Assembly: GCA_965644295.1 (NCBI GenBank)
Contig: CBFFRP010000094.1
Coordinates: forward strand, 1 to 64,000
Source of the DNA: Paraphysomonas bandaiensis
Lineage: Eukaryota > Protista > Chrysophyceae
Reading direction: 5' to 3'
Length of the DNA stretch: 64,000 nt
Under the pieces are notes generated by a model. That model had not been told where the DNA came from and ran no database searches. It saw only the letters and a program-made list of their open reading frames with translations. Shown in pieces: positions 23,420 to 34,479 of this stretch. Position numbers and translations under genes: made by a program. The number at the start of each line of letters is the position of its first letter. Positions within the stretch are counted from its first letter, which is position 1.

Positions 23420-25648
23420 ATGCGTATGCTGTTACCTGTTGCAGTGATGCTCGTGGTCGTGGTCAAGGCCATGGCTGTGAGTGTGGATGTAGTGCTAGTT
23501 GTCGATGCACCGGTGCTATTGTTCAGAGCGTCGTTTGAGTCGGTTCTCCGCGCCTTTGCATATGACAGCGAGCTGCACCCTCGAGTGTTTTTGGTGGATG
23601 ACGGGAGCCCAGAGGAGACCCGCAGCTATGAGTCGCACTTGTGTAATGTCGCTTTCAAGAGTGCAGTGTATTGCACGGAGACCCAAAATGAGCGTGGGCT
23701 TGTACCAGGATTCCGGACTGGACTTGACTTTGCCAGGAAGACGAATGGCGGATTATCAGAAAGAATTTTTCTTACGAACTCACGGGTAGTGCTGGTCAGT
23801 GGATCGATTTCAGCCCTACATACCGCTCTTATCTCTGGAACAGACCTTGCTATCCCACTTTCTGTATCAGGCATTATCACGCATAACTCCAGTGTCGCAC
23901 CGCTGTGTGTGTCCTGGCGTGATTGCTATCTACCACTTTCACTGGGCATAGATGATTTCGGTCAAGCTCTTGCCTCGATAAGATTGTCAACATCTCTTCC
24001 TACCCAAGGCTTATCGTTGGGAGTATTTCATATTCTATTCCCCGGATCTGTCAATGCTTCGGGAGTGTGTATGATGGTTCGAAGTAATGTCGTTGACAAT
24101 ATTTTAGGTAGCATTTTGCCGCACAACGTTTTACTCCCACCGCTGGATATAGCTGCCCGACTGGTGCCATCTGCAGTGGTTCAGGTTCAGACTCGATATG
24201 GACAGAAGGAAAACTCAGCTGGCGGACATCGACATGTCTTTACCATGGGTATTACATCTGCACCTCTATCTGACGATATTACACACTTGCAAACTTTCCG
24301 TACCGCCGTCAGCACTTACCTCTCAAACCAGTGCAATCAGTTTCCTGAAACGTCATTATCCTCAATTTCTGTGGTGTTTATAATGAATGCACTTTCTGTG
24401 TCCGGCGGGGATATTTCTATTTTGCAGGAGGTTTTATCCATGAGGAGTAGGGGAGTGCGTGCTGTTCTCGCAGTTCCCATTTCCTCCAAGCCGCACCTTC
24501 TATCAGAATTTGTCCGTGGTCTGGCCCCGCTCAGCCCGACCAGCATATTCGAAGATATGGTGACCACATACTCAGGTCACTGTTGTTTCCCCAACGAGCC
24601 CTCAGATGAGCTCGTGCGCTTGGCCTCAGGGTTTGATGTAGTTGTTGGTACCTACTACACTACCATGGTTACTATTGAGAAAGTTGCAGCCCTCTACCCA
24701 GCTGTACTCCCTGCGTATTACGTGCAGGACTATGAACCGTGGTTCCTCTGCAGCCCTTTTCTGTGCCTCACTGATGGGAGCACGCGATCATGGGTAGAGA
24801 GAATGGGTCTAGATTACTTTAGCCGTAGGGAACAGACGCGGAAGCGCTCGGAAGCATACTGTCGCTCCACCTACGAGGCCGCAGGAAGGAAAGTTCATAT
24901 GTTTGCTAAAACTGACTGGTTGGTAGACATTGTGCGAAAGAATCACAGGATGGCAAGTATGGTACACAAGATATCTCCGAGTGTAGACCATAATATGTAC
25001 TACCCATCTCCTTTTCCTAAGCCGAGTGAGGCTGTCGGAGTCGTGACAGTGGTCGCGATGGTGCGGCCAAGAACGCCAAGGCGAAATGCTAAGGCTTTGC
25101 TAGACGTGATGCTTCGTCTCACTCTAGAAATGAATGGAATGGTAAGAGTGGTTCTTTTTGGGTCTCACCCAATGGAAATTTTTGGTTTAATCCCTGAACT
25201 GGTATCCGCGTATGGGCCAGCTTCTCATAGGAAAACCTCTGTACTCAGAAGACCCGCCGTGGAGCTCTTGGGAGTTATAAAGGAGAGAGCTGAGCTCGCT
25301 AATCTATACAGGCGCTCCGATATATTTGTAGACGCGTCGTGGTGGCAAGCGTTTGGTCGAAGTGGCGTAGAGGCAATGGCTAGTGGCTGCGTGGCTGTCA
25401 TGCCCCTTGTTGGCGCAGCAGAAGAGGTTTGTCTACGTGGCAAAGTGTGTGTATACGAAGATAGCAGTGATTTGACTGGCCTGTTTACCGCTGTTGAGTC
25501 TCTAGTCAACAACAGAACCCGGCGTCAGGAACTGATGCACGCGGGCGCGACGAGGGCGCGGGAATTTACGAAAGAACGAACCTCTGCAATGATGTTATCA
25601 TCTTTTCATGAAGGTATTGTGAAGCGCAGGAATGGTGCAATAGTATAG
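23420..25648 (+). CDS. Intronless glycosyltransferase: signal peptide + degenerate GT2-like N-terminus + GT4/WsaF-like GT-B domain
   Basis: VFLVDDGSP...NERG in the N-terminus. C-terminal SGGDISILQ, YYVQDYEPWF, RPRTPRR and DIFVDASWWQAFGRSGVEAMASGC (GT4 signature). Confidence 0.85.
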   Translation: MRMLLPVAVMLVVVVKAMAVSVDVVLVVDAPVLLFRASFESVLRAFAYDSELHPRVFLVDDGSPEETRSYESHLCNVAFKSAVYCTETQNERGLVPGFRTGLDFARKTNGGLSERIFLTNSRVVLVSGSISALHTALISGTDLAIPLSVSGIITHNSSVAPLCVSWRDCYLPLSLGIDDFGQALASIRLSTSLPTQGLSLGVFHILFPGSVNASGVCMMVRSNVVDNILGSILPHNVLLPPLDIAARLVPSAVVQVQTRYGQKENSAGGHRHVFTMGITSAPLSDDITHLQTFRTAVSTYLSNQCNQFPETSLSSISVVFIMNALSVSGGDISILQEVLSMRSRGVRAVLAVPISSKPHLLSEFVRGLAPLSPTSIFEDMVTTYSGHCCFPNEPSDELVRLASGFDVVVGTYYTTMVTIEKVAALYPAVLPAYYVQDYEPWFLCSPFLCLTDGSTRSWVERMGLDYFSRREQTRKRSEAYCRSTYEAAGRKVHMFAKTDWLVDIVRKNHRMASMVHKISPSVDHNMYYPSPFPKPSEAVGVVTVVAMVRPRTPRRNAKALLDVMLRLTLEMNGMVRVVLFGSHPMEIFGLIPELVSAYGPASHRKTSVLRRPAVELLGVIKERAELANLYRRSDIFVDASWWQAFGRSGVEAMASGCVAVMPLVGAAEEVCLRGKVCVYEDSSDLTGLFTAVESLVNNRTRRQELMHAGATRAREFTKERTSAMMLSSFHEGIVKRRNGAIV

Positions 25649-27009
25649 CAGGAATTAAGTTTTGTTGTAAATAATGTGAAATTTGAAGGGTTGTATAGCG
25701 TATTATATATAGAATAGTGGGGAGGTAATAAATAAATAAATAAATTCAACTGTTTTACGGTTTGAAGGCGTGAACCAATTGTAGATCGGTGGTTTGTGTG
25801 ATGCAGATAGCACAGATATAGTGTCTGAATTATACAGCTTCGACTATTTCGAAATAATGAAAATATTTTTTCTGGTTGTGTGTTGTATTTTGTACTGATG
25901 GGCTAAAAAGTAGGAGCAATACTCCAGAAGACAGCTGGGATATGATTCTTACGAATTTAAAGTTCGCACTCTCCTTCCCTCGTTAGAATTGCAGTTATTC
26001 TAGACGTATAACGCATCAGAACCAAAACCATAATAGTATTATACTAAAACAATTTGATTTTTTACCATCACGAACGATTCAGATCTGCCAATCAACCTTC
26101 TTTCAGCCCGTCGATTTGTATAATCCGTCTTTCAGATTTAGAATTAACACTTTTGAACACATCATTATCAATGATACAATATATAATATATATATTTAAG
26201 GTTCTATAGTAAATTTTTCACTTTTGACTGGCTACATACATGTAGTTTGTACCGCTTATGATTATATACGTGCGTCGTAACTAATATATTATGCACTCAA
26301 ATTATTCATGTCGTACACATGTTGTGCAGTTGTGTAGTTTTCCATATAGTTTGTATATATATGTGCCATATAATATAATATGTTGTTGTATGATGGATTA
26401 TCTCAGAAGATGCTCTCGTATGCATTTAATCATTTTGATATATTATTTGGTTTGTAGGTTACTGCAGTCTTCATGAAGTGTATGTTACGCAGCCATGCTG
26501 GAAGAATACACTAGTTATAACAGGATTGTATTAATATATAATATAAGCTTGTAAAATAAAAAAATAATAGTGTGTTAGACGGAAATACACTGACTGTATA
26601 TAATATTACCTTTTTAACCTTAATAATCTTAATCTTAATCTTAATTATATTTAAATTAAAGGTTATCCAAAACTGTAAAATATTGGCTGTTGTTGTCTTC
26701 TTATGACAACAAATAAAATAATGACAATTAGGGCTATCTTTTATAATATTATATTATTGCACTGTATATTATATTAAACACACTAAAAATCTGATTACGA
26801 AAAGGATACTTTCTACTTTTCGTTGTTTTCATTTTCTGTTTTTGTAAAATATTATAATATTATATTATTATATATTATTATCGTATATGGCATCCGACAT
26901 TTTATAATATATATATAATAATATAATATAATATAATATATATTTATAGGGGGATATATATATACGTATATGTACAACATATACATAGTACAGCCTTATA
27001 ATATATACA

Positions 27010-27290
27010 GCCTGACATCTGCTGACTTAGGATTTCTGAGTCCTTAAGGTGAACAGCCCGGGTGATTGACTTCATCAGGCAGACCAATACCCCAGATGTC
27101 TGTTTTTTCGTCAGGGCTCAAAGACGTCTACACAAGTGACACTTATATTAGTATCTCTCATACCACACAAGCATCTTCTGCTGTCTACGTATGCGGCTCA
27201 AGTTAGTTCCCCAAAGAAATAATATCTCCGATACTTATCCCACAAAAGGTAAGGTGCGAGTCCAACTTTGTTGAGTGTAAAGTTGGTAGG
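27010..27290 (-). repeat. Dispersed repeat family R1 copy
   Basis: GGATTTCTGAGTCCTTAAGGTGAACAGCCCGG...AAGGTGCGAGTCCAACTTTGTTGAG matches 47080-47230 directly and 47385-47660 inverted. Confidence 0.8.
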
Positions 27291-27552
27291 GTAATGTCGT
27301 TTTTTCTAAGTTTGGTTGCTTACTTCTAATTGTTCTAATTTCAAACAAGCATTAGTAACTTGGTGTAACTATTCATTGCCATAGATGCCAAAAATCAATG
27401 AATAAATAAACGATCTGTACCATCTTGAGAATAGCAATATCGACTTCAGTACCTAGCATTATAATAATGTTGTACTGTGGTGAGTGAAAGGTGAGAGAGT
27501 AGGCCTTCGAAATTAAAACATCTGTATGATGAATGCTACTTTTTTAGTCCTT

Positions 27553-28456
27553 ATACTTCAGCTTAATAACTGGAGTGATTTCACTATTTCAAAGTTCAGC
27601 TACTCACTTATATTGGTCAGAATGTCAAATCAGTATATACCCGAATTCACACAGAAAAACACATTAAAAAACTCTATACAAAACTATTCGCGTTTATTGA
27701 ATCGGTTATTCTGGTTTGTGTAGAGGATACTCTCGTGTCACAGTCACAATAATCCCAGATGAAAAGAAACCAGTGCGGATACTTCAGCTTAATAACTGGA
27801 GTGATTTCACTATTTCAAAGTTCAACTACTCACTTATACTGGTCAGAATGTCAAATCAGTATATACCCGAATTCACACAGAAAAACACATTAAGAAACTC
27901 TATACAAAACTATTCGCGTTTATTGAATCGGTTATTCTGGTTTGTGTAGAGGATACTCTCGTGTCACAGTCACAATAATCCCAGATGAAAAGAAACCAGT
28001 GCGGATACTTCAGCTTAATAACTGGAGTGATTTCACTATTTCAAAGTTCAGCTACTCACTTATATTGGTCAGAATGTCAAATCAGTATATACCCGAATTC
28101 ACACAGAAAAACACATTTAAAAACTCTATACAAAACTATTCGCGTTTATTGAATCGGTTATTCTGGTTTGTGTAGAGGATACTCTCGTGTCACAGTCGCA
28201 ATAATCCCAGATGAAAAGAAACCAGTGCGGATACTTCAGCTTAATAACTGGAGTGATTTCACTATTTCAAAGTTCAGCTACTCACTTATATTGGTCAGAA
28301 TGTCAAATCAGTATATACCCGAATTCACACAGAAAAACACATTAAGAAACTCTATACAAAACTATTCGCGTTTATTGAATCGGTTATTCTGGTTTGTGTA
28401 GAGGATACTCTCGTGTCACAGTCGCAATAATCCCAGATGAAAAGAAACCAGTGCGG
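27553..28456. repeat. Tandem array of four near-identical 226-bp units
   Basis: Units start ATACTTCAGCTTAATAAC at 27553, 27779, 28005 and 28231 and end CCAGTGCGG. Only a few substitutions differ. Confidence 0.97.
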
Positions 28457-28672
28457 CTTCGATGATCTTAGATTCTGAATTTTCTTTCATTGTAAAGGAA
28501 TAAATATCAGTTCTAAAGTTCTAAACAGTATCTGGAAATTGCTGATACATATACAAATACCTTCAATGATACGTTCTAAACACGTATATAATTACATTGA
28601 ACATCGATGCGCCCACCAACTCTATACATTTACTCTATTTACAAGCAATTACATCCACAGATTTGTAAAAAA

Positions 28673-30133
28673 TCACGAGGTGCTGGCTTGCCCCACACAG
28701 CCTCGTGAAAGTGTCAAGCCATAATGAAGATCAAGAGCCTGGCGAAATGATAACGTCGCATTCCTCCCTCCATCACTCAACGCAGACTTCGTCCTGTGTT
28801 CTCTAATTTTATTTGTTACTTCACGCCACATACCAACTACTTCAGCATTCCTCTTTGAATTATACTCCGACATTTTATTCGAAACTACCACCATATCATC
28901 TCTCCAGGTCTTTGCAGAGAGAAGTTCAGTAAGATGTGTCAGTGAATCGAAGTAAACCGTATGAGGAAGTTGATAAAAGTCCGCCAGGGCTACCCACTCC
29001 AGCACAGCGGAGTGATTAAACTCATCGTTCGGATCGCCTTGCATCAATCCCGTATATTGGGGGTGCCGGGAGAGGGGGCTACCATGAGGTGGGGTACCAA
29101 ACACACGCCCCCAAGTCCTCTCGCTAAGTACTCCTCTATCTATATGCCATTGCGCCAGTAAGGTAGGTGACGGAACAAAGATTGGTACATTTAGCTGATA
29201 GAGCTCAAATAAAAGCATAAATGAAACCTGGTATGGCATTACCACGACGGCGGGATGTGACGCCAAGTCACTGAAGGCATAGTTCGAGTATAAGTCCCTG
29301 AGCGGGACGACGCTGATCCCTTTCTCTGCAGCCATGGTTCGCAGTAAGTCAACAAGTGCAAAATCAAGACCCCGCCCTGGAACCACAAGAACCTCTCTCC
29401 GTGAAGGCGCGTACCCCGTCCACTCGATGTCCTTCCATACATAGGTACATAGGCTCGGAATCAACCCCACCCCACCAGCAGAAACGCCCCTCTTGCCGTC
29501 GAGGCCAGTGAAGTAGCGCATATACTCTTGATCGTAGCGATTATTGGCTGCAACAGTATTGCCACTCTTGGAGGCGATGCGTCGCAAACTGTCATTCCAG
29601 AGCTTCCATCGTTGCGGCTTGTGCCTTCCAATCTCATACCGAGTGCTGGAAATTATAACTAAGGGCTTGCCAAAGGGCATGAACAACTCACACATGCCAC
29701 TGGCGTGTGTACACAAAAACCCATCAACCGACATAAGTTCATTGTCATGAGCATAACTTTCATAGAAATCGCGGCGCAACTGGTTGGGGCATGGAGACAA
29801 ACCTATGCCGTTATCCCTGTTGATAATACGCAAGTCTTGCTGGCAAGTGTGAGTCAAATGGCAGTGTCCACTGAGCGACTTGTCGATCAACCTCACATCT
29901 AAATCGGCTAGTATGGATTTGATATCAAAAACGGTCGATATATGAAAGTCACTACTCCACAACACCAGTTGTCGTGTATCATCATCCCGCATAACGTCCA
30001 GGGCAGTGGCTCGATCCGCCGCTCCAGATATCAAAACAGCATTCGTCATAGCAGTAGGTGACACTAAATTGAGAGCTACATAAGCAATCAATACGCATGC
30101 TGCAAGAATAACTAAATGAAAACTTTTCACCAT
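28673..30133 (-). CDS. Intronless type II membrane protein, uncharacterised glycosyltransferase-like family
   Basis: N-terminal TM helix. Motifs SSDFHIS, DKSLSGHC, CELFMPF, STRYEIGR, HPAVVVMPYQVSFMLLFELY..NVPIFVPS and W..LADFYQLPH. The GT-B-like assignment is inferred. Confidence 0.75.
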   Translation of the reverse strand: MVKSFHLVILAACVLIAYVALNLVSPTAMTNAVLISGAADRATALDVMRDDDTRQLVLWSSDFHISTVFDIKSILADLDVRLIDKSLSGHCHLTHTCQQDLRIINRDNGIGLSPCPNQLRRDFYESYAHDNELMSVDGFLCTHASGMCELFMPFGKPLVIISSTRYEIGRHKPQRWKLWNDSLRRIASKSGNTVAANNRYDQEYMRYFTGLDGKRGVSAGGVGLIPSLCTYVWKDIEWTGYAPSRREVLVVPGRGLDFALVDLLRTMAAEKGISVVPLRDLYSNYAFSDLASHPAVVVMPYQVSFMLLFELYQLNVPIFVPSPTLLAQWHIDRGVLSERTWGRVFGTPPHGSPLSRHPQYTGLMQGDPNDEFNHSAVLEWVALADFYQLPHTVYFDSLTHLTELLSAKTWRDDMVVVSNKMSEYNSKRNAEVVGMWREVTNKIREHRTKSALSDGGRNATLSFRQALDLHYGLTLSRGCVGQASTS

Positions 30134-30191
30134 TCACTCCACTTGAGAACTTACAAAACCTTGCATGGAAATGGATGGCCACGTTCTTATA

Positions 30192-30731
30192 ACATACATA
30201 CATACATACATACATACATACATACATACATACATACATACATACATACATACATACATACATACATACATACATACATACATACATACATACATACATA
30301 CATACATACATACATACATACATACATACATACATACATACATACATACATACATACATACATACATACATACATACATACATACATACATACATACATA
30401 CATACATACATACATACATACATACATACATACATACATACATACATACATACATACATACATACATACATACATACATACATACATACATACATACATA
30501 CATACATACATACATACATACATACATACATACATACATACATACATACATACATACATACATACATACATACATACATACATACATACATACATACATA
30601 CATACATACATACATACATACATACATACATACATACATACATACATACATACATACATACATACATACATACATACATACATACATACATACATACATA
30701 CATACATACATACATACATACATACATACAT
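30192..30731. repeat. (ACAT)n microsatellite, ~135 units
   Basis: Perfect 540-bp tetranucleotide run. The MYVC/YIHT ORFs here are artefacts of it. Confidence 0.99.
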
Positions 30732-31081
30732 GGATACATGGTTACATAACATACTGTATGTTCCTACATGTACATACTGTGTACATACTCTATACCGCAC
30801 TTTTCCTACAGGCATGCATCTTATTTTCGGATATGCATTGAAGCAAAACTTATCTATGTTACTGCAATTCAACTACGGCTGGAATACAGATAATTTTTGT
30901 CTCAATATTTAGAGGCATCTTTCAACAAAAATATACAAAGGATGCCGATATGGGATACTACAAAAAACATATATAGATATAGTGCAATACTCATTGACCG
31001 CATGGATCTATTGTCCTTCATGCAAGGAGGTCCGTGGTTAGTGGAAGGCCATCGAGGCATTTTAGTCTTTCATATAGAGTA

Positions 31082-32660
31082 ATGTCGGGGAGATCTGCTT
31101 GTGAAAGTACCGCACCCCTGTTACATGAGGAGGCTGTGAGCAATCGGAAGAGTAGTCGACTTGTTTGTCTCGATGTTCTACGGGGCATTACGATAGCACT
31201 CATGATTCTAGTAGATTACTGTGGCGAATCTACTCCCCTCATTGATCATGCACCCTGGAATGGTATTAGATTGGCAGATTTTGTGATGCCGAGTTTTGAT
31301 TTCATTGTCGGTGTGTCAGTTGTATTGTCGATGCAGGTGCCTGTAGTGATATATACCAACCTACACTCATTAGCTTATAAACTCTTTTCGTAGGGGGGAA
31401 GAATGAGGAACAAACCTAAATTAGAACAGCTTAATATTTCCTTGTGCAGAGCAGGAAAACTCTTTTTAATTGGGGTCTTAACGCAAGCCGGCACCGCCTT
31501 TCCAACATATGACCTCAAACACTTGCGCATCATGGGTATCTTACAGCGGGTTGCGCTATGCTATTTAACTGCTGCTGTAACTGAAATATATGCTCCACTT
31601 GATACGACTCGCAGTAAAATCCCAGATTGTCATCACGAAAGATGGTCTATCCACCGAGGTGAGGAGTGCTTATTGTAATTTTCACTCCTGTAGTCTCATA
31701 CCAACCTCACGTACAGATGTCTTTGTAAAGCGGAGGTGGCAATGGATAGTGAGCACGATTTTAGTAGCTACACATAGTGCACTTCTGTATGGTCTTGATG
31801 ACGGTTGTGGACTTGGCGCAACATCCCCTTACTGCAATGGTGCCTCATTAGTAGACCGTCATATCCTGGGTACGTCACACATGTACTTCCCCACAAACGG
31901 AGGCGCTTGGGAAGATAAAGAAATGACATTCCAACGTACCGCTGACTGCTCAACATGCCCACCTGGTCGTTGTGTTCCCCCCCCCTCAGCTCCTTCGTGG
32001 TGCGGGTATGAGGACCTCAAAGCCGGACACCCCTTCGATCCAGAGGGGCTTGTGTCGTCCTTAACAGCTGTCGTGGCGGCGCTCATAGGAACTCACTGCG
32101 GCGCAGTGGCTGTGCTCATGGGGCGACATAAGGATAGGCTTTCTCATTTTGTTATGTTGGGGTTGATGGGATGCGTCTTGGGGTGTTGTCTGGATTTATC
32201 TGGTCTGAGACTTAACACTGATCTATACTCCCTATCTTACCTCCTCCTCTCTACGGGGGCCGCTATTTTGGCACTTCTGATATGCTATATACTTGTAGAG
32301 ATGATGCCTACTGGTGACAGTGAATCAAGTAATATTTCGGTGATTCATTGGACTCTGAAACCTTTTCATTGGTTAGGAATGAATTCCATCCTCATATACC
32401 TGTTATCATGCTCAGGAATAACTCAATCAGTCTTAGAATGCTTCTACTGGGGAGAAAAAGACCACAACCTAGCGGAAGTATTCTATCCGACAGGAAGATA
32501 TTGGGGTCCCGACTATGGTGATGGGTTTATTCCAACAGAAACACACTACGGTACTACTGGTAGTGTCCAGGTGTTGTGCTGGTGCCTATTCGCGTACATT
32601 CCGGTGTGGGTCGCACTAGCTGGATACCTTCATCGCATCAAGTGGTATTTGAAAATTTGA
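31082..32660 (+). CDS. HGSNAT: Heparan-alpha-glucosaminide N-acetyltransferase-like transmembrane acyltransferase, 3 exons
   Basis: RLVCLDVLRGITIALMILVD, HAPWNGIRLADFVMPSF, LRIMGILQRVA, PFDPEGLVSSL and GMNSILIY motifs. Confidence 0.92.
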
Positions 32661-33234
32661 TATATGTTTTTGATATGATGAGTAGATCAGAAGTATCATA
32701 TTTGATAATAAAGGAACTGTCTATGTCGCTGAAGTTAAGTTGTTTGGTCGGACACTAGCAGCAGCTAGTGTACAGTGATTCATGTGTCACTCATACTGTT
32801 GACGTGTATTAGACTAATCGATCGGCAATATTTTAGTTATTCAGGCTATGGTTAAGTAATGCTACAATATATGTGCTATGGCAATTTGTAGCAATGAATT
32901 GATAAGTGTAGTTATGGGCCACTCTTCCCGTTTAACACCAATCCCTGAATGAATTGAATAAATCACGCACGAAGACACAATCCCCAAACCTTTAGGAAAA
33001 TTGATAGTCTTGAAATTTGTACCAGAGCAACACTGTCTAAACGCAGAACATAACTGGTGTGTACGATGTTCCTATTAAACTCTGTAAACATGATGAACTC
33101 GTACAGATTCCAAACCCATAGTCAGTCATCAGTCATGCCAAAAGACCCCCTAAATGTACCACTCGGTGATTATACTACATGAATTATGCATTATGTTGTT
33201 TATTGTGTGAAAAAATTGAAGTTATAAACTAAAG

Positions 33235-33425
33235 TAGAACGGAAGTGGTTGCACCTTGGTGCTTGCGGCGACGCACAAGCAGCTTTCGTAGCGTTAAATA
33301 GTAGGATAAAAGAGTTTGTATTGATTAGTTACGGGTAGTGGTCTAACTAGTATGACTAGCATTCTTCTAGCCACTAATTGATGCAAGGTCTCAACGCCTA
33401 TTGCTAAATAATCAGACATTCACTA
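33235..33425 (+). repeat. Dispersed repeat family R1 tail copy
   Basis: GTGGTTGCACCTTGGTGCTTGC...GCACAAGCAGCTTTCGTAG...CGCCTATTGCTAAATAAT matches 47680-47830 and 54050-54190. Confidence 0.8.
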
Positions 33426-34479
33426 TAAACTAAAGTTGTAGAAAAACTTTCTTATTATTTCGTTCTGGGCTATCTAGTTGACGTAAGTCTTATAACACAC
33501 AATACACTTTTCGCACTCTGAATGGGATAAACAATCACATACACCACACTGATTCTATCTCAGAAATAAAACCGGTTTTAGAATGGCTAGTACACACAAT
33601 TATCCCGGTATAATTTAAAATTGGCATTGACATGTGTATACTTAGCTATCAAATTCAGATGTACCTTTGCAGCCCCCCTATAAACTTCCTGGGCCATCGG
33701 CAAGATTTATGACAGTCAAAAATCAACATTGAATAAGTTTAACTGCACATTCGTTCTTCACATGAGTTCATTGACACCAAACTACATAGAATAGTCCGAA
33801 TAGTTCAAGTATATCTAGGGCATAGTGTATTTATGTTTGTACACGCATCCATCACTCTCTGCACGCTGAATTGATGTATTCTTAAAGATACCATCAGTAA
33901 GACATAATAGAGCCAAGGTGTTACCACAATTTCGGTAGGTAATATAAAACGCGAAGGAACGGTAGACGATGTGGACTAGGCTATCTGACACCATTCTTAT
34001 AAGAAGTATGCTGGATTGTAAACGAGGAAAAAGACAAGAGCCACTAAGTTTAGCACCAAGAGCTTCTCATCAAACCCTTTACACTTTACACCTCATCGAT
34101 TTACACCTCATCGATTAGCTCGTAGAAGACATCCGATGGACATCAACAGTATCTAGATATCGGTACCATATCGGCAGTCAGCATCTTATTTTTCGGAAAT
34201 AAATTGTAGCAATATTCCTCTATATTACTGAAGTACAACTACAGCTGGAATACATATAATTGTTATCTCAATATTAGGAATTCCTAGAGGCATCTTTGAT
34301 GCCGATACGACGCTGTACGTAGTAGATGTCCACACAACACCAACAAGGTCTCTTCTAGACTTCAGACAGTACAGAACAGCAGCAGTTCCTGGAGCAGAAT
34401 ACTACACTCTATACAGCACAGACTAGCTACATACTGTATACTGTACTGTCTATACAGCACTCTGTATGTAGAAAACACA

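Noticed and set aside
27250-27265. GGTGCGAGTCC as a tRNA B-box (R1 as a tRNA-derived SINE)
   Set aside because: It mismatches the invariant TTC, no cloverleaf is evident, and it lies near the wrong end of the element.
27526-28401. Four repeated 65-77 aa ORFs, or a CRISPR-like array
   Set aside because: By-products of the 226-bp tandem repeat. The unit length is not a multiple of 3, there are no unique spacers, and the context is eukaryotic.
29982-30872. MYVC/YIHT repeat ORFs
   Set aside because: Translations of the (ACAT)n microsatellite.
33500-34150. Possible minus-strand partner gene left of the orphan promoter
   Set aside because: No ORF or consistent exon chain could be built.
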